Assembly: GCA_963758635.1 (NCBI GenBank)
Contig: CAVWWD010000008.1
Location: forward strand, 992,001 to 1,056,000
Length of the DNA: 64,000 bases
Direction: 5' to 3'
Origin: an uncultured Candidatus Rokubacteria bacterium
Lineage (GTDB): Bacteria; Methylomirabilota; Methylomirabilia; Rokubacteriales; CSP1-6
Shown: in pieces, positions 35,487-45,031 of the stretch
Numbering within the stretch: the stretch's first letter is position 1
How the letters are laid out: each line of letters begins with the position of its first letter
Position numbers and translations under genes: made by a program
Notes under the pieces: generated by a model
What the model was told of the DNA's origin: nothing
Databases searched by the model: none
The model's input: the letters and a program-made list of their open reading frames with translations, nothing else

Positions 35487-37734
35487 GCCGCCACCTTCCG
35501 CGCGATGGGCAGGCGGACGGTGAAGCAGGCGCCGCCGTCCCGGCCGGTTCTCGGCCTGGATCTCCCCGCCGTGCTTCTTGAGGATCTCGTAGCTGATGCT
35601 GAGGCCGAGCCCGGTGCCCTCGCCGACGGGCTTGGTGGTGAAGAACGGGTCGAAGATGCGGCCGATCACGTCGGGAGCGATCCCCGCGCCGGTGTCCGCG
35701 ATGCGCACGACGGCCATGCCGTCGTCCACCCGCGGTCTCGATGGAGATGGTCCCGGGGCCGACGATGGCCTGGGCGGCGTTCGCGAGCAGGTTCAGGAAG
35801 ACCTGGTCGATCTGGGAGCGGACGCACTCGACGGGGGGCAGCTCGCCGAGCGTGCGCTCCACGGTGACGCGGTCCTTGAGCAGGTGGTTGAGCAGGGTGA
35901 GGCTCGACTCGATCTCCTCGTGCAGGTCCACCGACTGCCAGACGTCGTCCTGCGAGCGGGCGAACACGCGGAGGTCGCGGACGATCTTGCGGGCGCGCTC
36001 CGCGCCCTCCTTGATGCCCTGGGTCATCGAGTCCAGGTACTTGAGGACGTAGTCGACCTTGAGCGTGTCCCACTCGCTGGCGACGCGCGCGCGGTCGCGC
36101 TCCTCGAGGGCGGCGCCCCGGTACGTCTCGAGCATGGCCCGCAGGCGGCGGACGAAGTCCTCGAGCGTGCCGACGTTGGAGTAGACGAAGCCGATGGGGT
36201 TGTTCAGCTCGTGGGCGACGCCGGCGACGAGCTGGCCCACGGACGCCATCTTCTCCCGCTGGATGAGCTGCATCTGGGTGGCCTGCAGCTCCCGGTAGGC
36301 CGCCTGCAGGTCCTCGTGCGCCGTCCGGAGCTGCTCGGTGCGCACCCGCACCTTGTCCTCCAGCCCACGCGACAGCTCCTCGATGGTCTGGAAGCTCTGC
36401 GCCCGGTCCACCGCCAGCGCCACGTGGTTGGCGACGGCGGAGAGGAGCTCCACGTCGGCGCCGCCGACGCCACCGGGCTCGCTCGAGGTCACGTTGAGGA
36501 CGCCGAAGACGACCTCCTTCACCCGGAGGGGCACCCCGACGACGGCGCGGACGCCGAACGACCGGGCGGTGGCCACGTTCACCGGCTCCGTCGTGGTCTC
36601 GATGTCGTCGATCACCAGCGGGAGCCCGGTGCGGGCCACGCGGGCCGCGGTCGCGTGCGCGTCGTCCAGCGGGAACTCCACGTTCTCGAACGGCGCGGCC
36701 GTGGCGATGCCGCCGGCCATCCGGTGGCCGCGGAGCCGCCGGCGGGCGTGGTCCACGAGGTACAGGTACGCGCCCTGGTAGCCCATGCGATGGACGAGGC
36801 GCTGGAGGGCCTGCTCGTAGATCTTCTCGGCGTCGAGGGTGGCGTTGACGGCGGCGGACAGCTCGCTGAGCAGGGAGAGCTGCTCGATGGTCGTCCCGAG
36901 GTCGCGAAACTTCTTCTCCAGCTCGTTGTTGGAGTAGAGGATCTCCTCGGACTGCAGGTGCAGCATCTCCCGCGAGTGCCGCCAGCGGGCGCGCTGCACG
37001 AGGCCGTACCCGATGGCGCCGCCGAAGAGCACGGGCAGCGTGGCGACCGCCGACCTCCGTGGCCCAGGCCAGGGGCTGGGTGGAGGCGAGGGCGGCGGAG
37101 AGCGCAACGGACGCCCCGGCCCCCGCCACGGTGGGTCCCCAGAACCGCCGGCCGAGCGGCGGATTCTTCCAGGCGACCTCGAGCACGCAGGCGTCGGCGC
37201 CCCGCGCGGCGCACTGCCGCTCCCGCACGGTCGCGCGCGGGAGGGCCCAGTTGGTGGGATACCGCTCCCACTTGACGGACTCCCAGACGCAGTACCAGCG
37301 CGGGATCGTGTACCCGGGCAGGGGAGTGCGCCGGACGGTGGCCCGATTGCGCCCGACCGAGCTCCTGGTGTGCGCAGAAGCGCTGCACCGTGCCGGCGAT
37401 CGTGTCGTGGGACTTGAACAGCTCGCGCGGGTGCCCGAGCCCCATGGTGTAGGTGCCGAGGTAGTGCCGGTACTCGCGCGAGGGCTTCCAGTCCATCATG
37501 TCGTCGGTGTAGCGGCGCGCCCAGGCGTCCACGTCCGTGTCGCCCGTCAGCTCCATGGCCACCTGCACCAGCTCGTTGGCGAGGCCGAGCGGGATCCAGT
37601 TGTGGTCGGCCATCAGGTACTCGCGGGAGTGGCCGGCCGCGCGGCACAGCGGCGGCCACTCCCGCGGCCCCGATCTCCTTCTCCACGAAGGGGATCAGGC
37701 CCTTCGTGACGAGACAGTTGACCTCGCCCGGCAT
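35483..37734 (-). CDS. Sensor histidine kinase: V4R/H-NOX-like N-terminal domain - TM - GAF - HisKA - HATPase; several frameshifts
   Basis: N-terminal ...DHNWIP...ERQCAARGADACVLEVAW; GAF GVPLRVKEVVFGVLNV; QREKMASVGQLVAGVAHELNNP; QVFLNLLANA; FDPFFTTKPVGEGTGLGLS. Confidence 0.88.
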
Positions 37735-37741
37735 TCGCCTC

Positions 37742-37814
37742 TAATGACCCTCGCTAACCGCCACGGGCTCCTACAGTCCCACCGCTCGGCACTCGTCTGA
37801 TGCGCCGAGGCTCA
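37742..37814. repeat. ~75-nt intergenic repeat, copy 2 (copy 1 at 8712-8793)
   Basis: TAATGACCCTCGCTAACCGCCACGGGCTCCTACAGTCCCACCGCTCGGCACTCGTCTGATGCGC. Confidence 0.85.
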
Positions 37815-38379
37815 CTACGAGGGCTTGTAGACGAACTTGGAGGTGATGTTCACCGGGTTGGCGAGGGTGTCCCGCACCGCCGACTTCCGGTCGATGGTCT
37901 CCTTGCACCGGCGCACCTTGTCCTCGGGCGCCGAGCTCTGGATCGTCACCGTGTAGTTGATGTCGGTGATGCCGTTGCGCGTCGTACTTGTCGTGCCCCA
38001 TGAAGCCCCGCGCGTCCATGTGGGCCTCGAGGTCCAGCTCGATCGCGTCGACGGGCACGTCGAAGAGCGCGGCGTTGGTGGCCGTGGCGTTGGTGACGCA
38101 GCCGGCGAGGGCGGCGAGGACGACCTCGATCGGGAACGGCGCGTTGTCGTTGCCGCCGAGCTCGGGCGGCTCGTCCACCATGATCGTGAAGCGGCGCGCG
38201 GGGCCGGTCATGCGGTTGCCGCCCGCCTACCACTCGCTCAGCGTCACCTGGGTCATCGTGCCCCGGCACCACGTGGACTTGGCCTTGATGACCAGCTTCT
38301 CCAGGCCGGGGTTCTGCTTGATCGCGGCGTCGGTCGCCTTGAGCTTCTCGAGGTTCACGTCGTTGGTGCCGAGGGCCAT
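37815..38379 (-). CDS. OsmC/Ohr-family protein; in-frame TAG at 38227-38229 and a frameshift near 37985
   Basis: VDEPPELGGNDNAPFPIEVVLAALAGC, DARGFMG, SAVRDTLANPV; RBS AAGGAGG. Confidence 0.82.
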
Positions 38380-38397
38380 GGGATGTCCTCCTTGGGC

Positions 38398-40451
38398 TCA
38401 GAGCAGGTTGGCGATCATGCGGGCGGCGCGCTCGGTCCCGCCGGCGGGCGCCTCCCGGTGCTGGACGGGCTTCCCCAGGTGGTCGAGGATGGCCGCGCCC
38501 AGCTCCTCCACGGTGGTCCGGTCGAAGTCCATCCGCACGCCGGCCCCGAGGCGGTCGAGGCGGCGCGCGACGTGGAAGTTCTGCTCGAAGTGGTTCCGCA
38601 GCGGAAAGTAGATGAACGGCGTGTGGACGGCGGCGAGCTCCATGGTGGTGGTGAGCCCGCCCTGCACGATGGCGAGGTCGGCGGCGGCGTGGTGCCGGAA
38701 CAGGTTGGGCACGAACGGGCGCACGTCGATCTGCGGGCCCGCGGGCAGCTCGTCCGGGCGGAGGCGGGGGCCGGCGACCATGATCATCCGGGTGTCGGGC
38801 ACCCGGTGGGCCACGAGGGAGAAGGCGTCGGCGCACTTCCGCAGCAGGCTCGCGCCCACCGCGGGTGCCCCCGACGGACACGAGGATGACGCGCTCGTCC
38901 GTCGGGGAAGCCGAGGTCGTGGCGCAGCGCGGCCTTGTCCCGGTAGTCGGCGGGGTCGAAGTGGTACGTGTAGCCGGAGAAGCCGAAGTGCGCGCGCGCC
39001 CACTCCCGCATGTTGGGCAGGTCGGGGCCGAAGGGGCGGTCCAGGACGTCCTCCTCGTCGCCCGACCATGATGGACAGGTCGCGGACGCCGGGATGCAGC
39101 CGCAGATGGTCGACGTTCTCCGCGTTCTTCTCCCACGCGCGCCGGAACTCCACCGAGCCGGGCTCGTCCCGCATGGGCAGCATGCCGATGAAGTCGGTCA
39201 TGAACACGTAGGGCGCCCGCTTCAGCTCGGGGTTCTCGTGCAGGAAATAGTCGAGGTCCCAGCCCTCGTCGCCCACCCACAGGTCGTAGTCCTCGCGCTC
39301 CACCACGTCGGCGAACGTCATGAAGTTGGCGGCCATGACCTCGTCCATGTCCCAGAGGGCGTTGAACGCGTGCAGCTCGTGGTCGCCGGCCCACCCCTCG
39401 ACGTGCGCGCTCTCGTTGAGGAGGAGCCTCGTGGCGGGGTGCAGGCGCTCGCCCCACGCCTCCACCACGCGGTCGGCGGGGTTGGCGGCGAGGAAGTCCA
39501 CGGTGGCGTCGGGATGGATCGTGCGGAGCGCGCGGGCGATGGCGAGGTCGCGCTGGATGTGGCCGAGGCCGATCGGGCTCGACAGCCACAGGATGCGGCG
39601 CTGCGTGGTGCGCCGGCGCGCCGGCACGGGCGGCTTCCGTTCGGTCGTCGCCGGGATGCGCGACGTGGGACACGGGCCGGTCCTGCACGAAGTCGCGGAT
39701 GAGGTGGTTGACCTTGACGGCGTGGCGGCCATGGAGGATGTGGCCCGCCCCCTCGAAGGTGACGAGGCGCGCGCCCGGGATCGCCGCGACGAGCTTCTCG
39801 GCGTGGGAGTACGGCACGATCTTGTCGAGGGTGCCGTGGAGCGCGAGGGTCGGGACCCGCACCGAGGCGAGCAGGTCGTAGACGTTGGACCCGTCGATGG
39901 CCTTGAGCGACTCGATGAGCACGTCGGGCGTGGTCTCACGGGTCCAGGCGATGCAGTCCTCGATCCCCTTCAGCGAGTGGGGCTCGGGCAGGCACCGCGT
40001 GAACAGCCGCTGCTGCCAGGCCGCGAAATCGTCCCGGATCACCGGGGCGACCTTCTCGTCGAAGGGCTGGGGCACGGACTCGGCATACTGGCCGCTCAGC
40101 AGGATCGAGGTGCGACAGCCGGTCGGGATGCTCGACGGCGTACCGCAGGGCGAGCATCCCGGCGCAGGACAGGGCCACCAGGGCGAACGGGGGCCGCGCC
40201 ACCTCATCGAGGATGGCAAGCCAGTCCTGGTATCGCGTCTCGAGGTCGTACCCCGCCGCCGGGCGGTCCGAGCGCCCGTTGCCGCGCATGTCCATCGTCG
40301 CCACGCGGAAGTAGCGCGAGAGGTAGGGAACCTGGTTCTTCCACTGGCGGCTGTACGTGACCGGCTGGCACTGGGGGAGCAGGAAGAGGTCCCGCGATCC
40401 GCTTCCCGTCACCTGGTAGAAGAGCCTGACCCCGTCCCGCGTCACGAACAT
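38398..40451 (-). CDS. Alpha/beta-hydrolase fused to a GT-B glycosyltransferase (GT28-like); several frameshifts
   Basis: MDMRGNGRSDRP, ALSCAG elbow, VPTLALHGTLDKIVP, EGAGH; then SSPIGLGHIQRD, VSVGG, DLAIVQGGLTTTMEL, PLRNHFEQ. Confidence 0.85.
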
Positions 40452-41490
40452 GGCTGCCTCTCCCTCCTTGGCTCCAGGGCTTCGCCGGCGGGCGCCATGG
40501 CGTCCGACGCCCGCGGCGCGCGGCGGGCGCGCTCGTAGAGGACCAGCGCGGCGCCCCCGCGGACGGTGCGCGTCTTGTCGCCGGGGACGAGGTGGATGCG
40601 CGTGCTCGCCAGCGCGTCGGCCAGCGCGTACTGCCGCGTGCGGCGCAGGATCTCGTCCTCGAGGGGCAGCAGGGAGGAGACGACCCCGCCGGTGACGATG
40701 ACGATCTCGGGGTTCAGGCCGTTCACGACGATGGCGAGGGTGGCGCCCAGCGCCTGGCACGCCCGGTCGGCCATCGCGCGCGCGAGGCCGTCGCCCGCGG
40801 CGGCGGCGTCGAAGATGGTCCGGGCGGTGATCGCGTCCACGCTTCCGGCGAGGGCCGGCATGGACGACGGCTCGACGGCGACGCGGCGGCGCGCCTGCTC
40901 GGCGAGGTACTCACCGGCGGCGTACATGGCGACGCAGCCGCGCCCACCGCACGGGCAGGCGGGCCCGTCGAGCTCCAGCGGGATGTGCCCGAACTCGCCC
41001 GCGTATCCGCGGTGGCCCCGGGCGAGCCGGCCGTCCATGATCAGCCCGGCGCCGATGCCGCGTGCCGATGGCGAGGACCACGCAGGAGGCGCTGCCGCGG
41101 GCGAGGCCGAAGCGCCACTCGCCGAGCGCGAGCGCGTTGGCGTCGTTGTCGACGAGCGTGGGCAGGCCGGTCTTCGCCTCGAGGCGCTCGGCGATGTTGC
41201 CGCGCAGGTCCACCACGTGCTCGCCGCGCCGAGGTCAGCAGGACCCCGCGGTCGGCGTCGACGAGCCCGGGCAAGCCGACGCCGACCGCCTCCACGTGCA
41301 GGCCGCGCTCGGCCGCCTGCATGCGCAGCGTCGCCACGATCCCGAGGAGGCCTTCCATGGCCGCGCGCGAGCCGAGCCTCGTGGGCACCTGGACGGTCGA
41401 CAGGATGGCGCCATCGGCCGTGACCAGCCCGCCGGAGATGGTGGTGCAGCCCACGTCCACGCCGATCAGCACGCCTGGCATCGCGGTCAT
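40442..41490 (-). CDS. ROK-family sugar kinase-like protein; frameshifts near 41225 and 41060
   Basis: IGVDVGCT, GVGLPGLVD, DNDANALALGE, AGEFGH, CPCGGRGC, LNPEIVIVTGGV. Confidence 0.85.
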
Positions 41491-41515
41491 CTCGTTCGCT
41501 CCCGCCTTCCTCATG

Positions 41516-41592
41516 GCAACTTCGCGGGCCAGTGACGAGGGCCATCTTCCACGCGTGACTTGCGCGGTATGCCTGCAAGGTGGGCTTGCAGG
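41516..41592 (-). promoter_or_regulatory. Candidate sigma54 -24/-12 promoter with upstream palindromes
   Basis: Minus strand TGGCCCGCGAAGTTGC (GG-N11-GC, one base longer than consensus); CCTGCAAG-N5-CTTGCAGG perfect IR at 41572-41592. Confidence 0.4.
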
Positions 41593-41689
41593 GGCTGCGG
41601 GGACCCGCCGGGGCGCCGTGAGCGTTTCCGAGGCACTTGGCTCCGCAAGCCGACGATGCTCGACGCGCGACCCGCGGGCAAGGTGGCAG

Positions 41690-43153
41690 CTACGCCGGGG
41701 GCATCGCGGCCAGGTCCTGCAGAAGCCCGGCGGTGGTGCGAGCGCCCTGGAACAGGTGGTCGAGCTTCAGGTGCTCGTTCGGGCTGTGCTGGCGGTTGCC
41801 GGCGCTGGCGTAGGGGACCACGTAGGTGGGCAGCTTCAGGATGTCCGTGAACGCCCACAGCGGCACGCTGCCTCCGAGCGTGGGCATCACGACGGCCTTC
41901 TCGCCCCCGTGCGCCCGCTCGATGGCCTCGATCAGGTGACGCGCCAGCGGCGTGTCCACCGGGCTCTTGGCCGGGTCGTAGCCGCCCTTCTCGACGACCC
42001 GGATGGCCTTGCCGCGGAGGTCGTCGGGGAGCGGCGCGTCCGCCGACTCGATCACGTGGAAGCCCTGGGCCCGGATGTGGTCGATGACCCGCCGGTACAC
42101 CGTCTCCATGCGCTGGTTCTTCACCAGGCGGATGTCGAGCGCCACCGTGGCGCGGTGGGGGATGATCGTGTTGCCTTCCTTGCCGATGAACCCGGACTGG
42201 AGCCCGCGGATGTTGAGCGTGGTGTGGAACATCATGCGCTCGAGGTAGTCGGCGGGCAGCGGCACGCCGAGCTCCCGGCCGAGCGCGCCGAGGTCCATCG
42301 GGATGTCGGCCATGAGCTTCCGCTCGGCCGCGGTCGGCATGACGACGTCCTCCTCCAGCCCCTCGATGAGCGGCACGCCGTCGGGGGTGGCCATCGAGGA
42401 GAGGAGGCCGTTCAGCTTCCAGGCCGGATTGGGCACGACGAAGTTGCCCGAGTGGAGGTCCCGCCGCGCGGCCTCCAGGACCATCTCGATCTTCATGTTG
42501 CCGCGGGCGCCCCCGGCCACCGTGGGGCGGCCGCTGTCGTGCTTGGGCCCGTCGGTGACGAGCACGAGATCCGCGGCGAGGATGTCGCGATGCTTCTCGG
42601 TGAACGGCCCGAAGAAGGGGCTGCCGATCTCCTCCTCGCCGTCGAAGATGAGCTTCACGTTCACCGCCGAGGCGATGCCCACGCGATCCATCAGGCGCAG
42701 CGCCTCCAGATGGCACCAGATCGGCCCCTTGTCGTCCGAGGCCCCGCGCGCGTAGAGGCGGTGGGCGGCGAGGTCGGCGGCGGGCACGGCCTCGAAGGGC
42801 TGGGCGGCCACGCCCGCCTCGGCGAGCCCACGTCGGAGCACGGGCTCGATCGGGGAGGGCTGGAGCCAGCCGGCGGGCGGGATCGGCTTGGTGTCGTAGT
42901 GGCAGTAGAAGAGGATGGTCCGGCGGGCGCCGGGAACGCGACGCTCGCCGAAGACGGCGGGGTTGCCGCCCGTCTCGAGCACGCGCGCCTCGAGGCCGCG
43001 CGCGCGCATGGCGGCGGCGAGCCACTCGCCGCCCACCCGGACCAGCGCGGGCTCCTGGCTCACCGTGTTCAGGCGCAGGAAGTCGATGAAGCTCCGGGTG
43101 ATCTCGCCGTGCTCGGCGGCGAGCAGGCGGTCGAAGGCCGTCCAGTCGGTCAT
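41690..43153 (-). CDS. M20/M25/M40 metallo-hydrolase (dipeptidase/deacylase)
   Basis: YCHYDT, ARGASDDKG, DGEEEIGS, DLHSG, NRQHSPNE. Confidence 0.9.
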   Translation of the reverse strand: MTDWTAFDRLLAAEHGEITRSFIDFLRLNTVSQEPALVRVGGEWLAAAMRARGLEARVLETGGNPAVFGERRVPGARRTILFYCHYDTKPIPPAGWLQPSPIEPVLRRGLAEAGVAAQPFEAVPAADLAAHRLYARGASDDKGPIWCHLEALRLMDRVGIASAVNVKLIFDGEEEIGSPFFGPFTEKHRDILAADLVLVTDGPKHDSGRPTVAGGARGNMKIEMVLEAARRDLHSGNFVVPNPAWKLNGLLSSMATPDGVPLIEGLEEDVVMPTAAERKLMADIPMDLGALGRELGVPLPADYLERMMFHTTLNIRGLQSGFIGKEGNTIIPHRATVALDIRLVKNQRMETVYRRVIDHIRAQGFHVIESADAPLPDDLRGKAIRVVEKGGYDPAKSPVDTPLARHLIEAIERAHGGEKAVVMPTLGGSVPLWAFTDILKLPTYVVPYASAGNRQHSPNEHLKLDHLFQGARTTAGLLQDLAAMPPA

Positions 43154-43160
43154 GGCGGTC

Positions 43161-44033
43161 TCACCTCTGCAGGACCCGGAGGCGCGGGTCGAGGGTGTCG
43201 CGCAGGCCGTCGCCGAGGAGGTTCAGGCTGAGGCCGGCGATGGTGAGGGTGACCCCGGGGAACAGGCTCACCCAGAAGGCTTCGCGGATCACGTTCTTGC
43301 CGCTGGCGATCACGTTCCCCCACGAGGGCACGTAGGGCGGCACGCCCACGCCGAGGAAGCCCAGGATGGCCTCGGCGAGCACGGCGTACGCGAAGATGAA
43401 CGTGCCCTGCACGAGGAGCGGCGCCATGCAGTTGGGCAGGATGTGCCGGAGCGCGATGCCGGCGTCCCGGCGGCCGAGGGCGCGCGCGGCCTGCACGTAG
43501 TCCAGCTCGCGCAGGCTCAGCACGGTGCTGCGCACGAGGAGCGCGGTGCGCGGCGTGTACACGATGGACAGCGACAGGATGACGTTCCACACGCCGGGCC
43601 CCCGCGCGGCCATGAAGGCGATGGCGAGGAGGATGGCGGGAAACGCCATCAGGCCGTCGGTGAACCGCATGATGATCGTGTCCAGGCGCCGGTAGTAGCC
43701 CGCGGTGAGCCCGATGACCACCCCGCCCAGCGACGTGAGGAGCATGGTCACGCTGCCCACGAGCAGGGACACGCGGCTTCCGTGCACGACCAGGCTCCAC
43801 ACGTCGCGGCCGAACTCGTCCGTGCCCAGGAAGTTCCCCGCGCTGGGCGGCTTCAGCCGGTTCACGGGGTCGAGCCGGGCCGGGTTGTGGGTGGCGATGA
43901 CGCCCGCGAAGCACGCGCCGAGCACCAGCAGCAGGAAGATGACGGCGCCGATCAGCACGTTCCGGTTCCGCGCGAGGCGGCGGAGCCACCGGAGGCGCGG
44001 CGCGGGCGCGGCCACGGCCGCCGGCTCAGCCAT
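43161..44033 (-). CDS. Peptide/nickel ABC permease (DppC-like)
   Basis: GTDEFGRD, DYVQAARALG, HILPN, PSWGN. Confidence 0.92.
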   Translation of the reverse strand: MAEPAAVAAPAPRLRWLRRLARNRNVLIGAVIFLLLVLGACFAGVIATHNPARLDPVNRLKPPSAGNFLGTDEFGRDVWSLVVHGSRVSLLVGSVTMLLTSLGGVVIGLTAGYYRRLDTIIMRFTDGLMAFPAILLAIAFMAARGPGVWNVILSLSIVYTPRTALLVRSTVLSLRELDYVQAARALGRRDAGIALRHILPNCMAPLLVQGTFIFAYAVLAEAILGFLGVGVPPYVPSWGNVIASGKNVIREAFWVSLFPGVTLTIAGLSLNLLGDGLRDTLDPRLRVLQR

Positions 44034-44970
44034 AGCGGATCCGCGGATCGATGAACGCGTAGAGCACGTCCACCAGGAGGTTGATCAGCACGTAGGCGGC
44101 GGCGGTGACGAGCACCACGCCCTGCACCACGGGGTAGTCGCGCCGGAGGATCGCCGAGATGACGAGGCGGCCCAGCCCGGGGATGTTGAACACGATCTCG
44201 GTGACCACGGCGCCGCCGATCAGGATGGCCATGGTGATGCCGATCACGGTGACCACCGGCACGAGCGCGTTCCGGAACGCGTGGACCGACACCACCACGC
44301 GCTGGGACACGCCCTTGGCGCGCGCCGTCCGGATGTAGTCCTGCTGGAGCACTTCCAGCATGCACGACCGCGCGATCCGGGCGATCAGCGCGGACTGGTT
44401 GAAGCCGAGCGACACCGCGGGCAGCACCATGTAGCGGAGCGCGCCCCACGGGTCGACCCACACGGACGTGTAGCCGCCCGCGGGAAGCCAGCCGAGCCGG
44501 ACGGCGAAGAGGTAGATGAAGTTCAGGCTGAGCCAGAAGCCGGGAATGCAGACGCCGAGGAGCGCGCCCAGCATCAGCACCCGGTCCCAGAGCGAGCCCG
44601 GGTAGGCGCCGGCGATGAGCCCCGACGGCACCCCGATGGCCACGGCCACGAAGAGCGCCGAGAAGGTCAGGAGCGCGGTGGGCTCGACGCGCTCGAGGAG
44701 CGCCTGGGCCACCGGCCGGTCGAGGAAGTACGAGCGCCCGAGGTCCCCCTGCAGGATGCGCGTGTAGAACTTCCAGAGCTGCTCGTGGAGCGGCCGGTCC
44801 AGGCCGAGCTGTATGCGGGTGGCCTCGATCTGGGCGGGGGTGGCGTCGGGCCCGAGCATGGCGCTGGCCGGGTCGCCGGGGATGAGGTGGATGAGCAGGA
44901 ACACGAGGGTGACGACCACGGCCATCACCGGGATCACCGAGAGGACGCGGCGGACGAGGTAGGACGTCAC
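44026..44970 (-). CDS. Peptide/nickel ABC permease (DppB-like)
   Basis: IPGDPA, DYIRTARAKG, HAFRNAL, PGLGRL, RDYPVVQG. Confidence 0.92.
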   Translation of the reverse strand: MTSYLVRRVLSVIPVMAVVVTLVFLLIHLIPGDPASAMLGPDATPAQIEATRIQLGLDRPLHEQLWKFYTRILQGDLGRSYFLDRPVAQALLERVEPTALLTFSALFVAVAIGVPSGLIAGAYPGSLWDRVLMLGALLGVCIPGFWLSLNFIYLFAVRLGWLPAGGYTSVWVDPWGALRYMVLPAVSLGFNQSALIARIARSCMLEVLQQDYIRTARAKGVSQRVVVSVHAFRNALVPVVTVIGITMAILIGGAVVTEIVFNIPGLGRLVISAILRRDYPVVQGVVLVTAAAYVLINLLVDVLYAFIDPRIRYG

Positions 44971-45031
44971 GGGAGGGAGCCGGGGGCCGCCCCGAGGGGA
45001 GCGGCCCCCGCGTCGCCGGGCGCGGGTGCGG

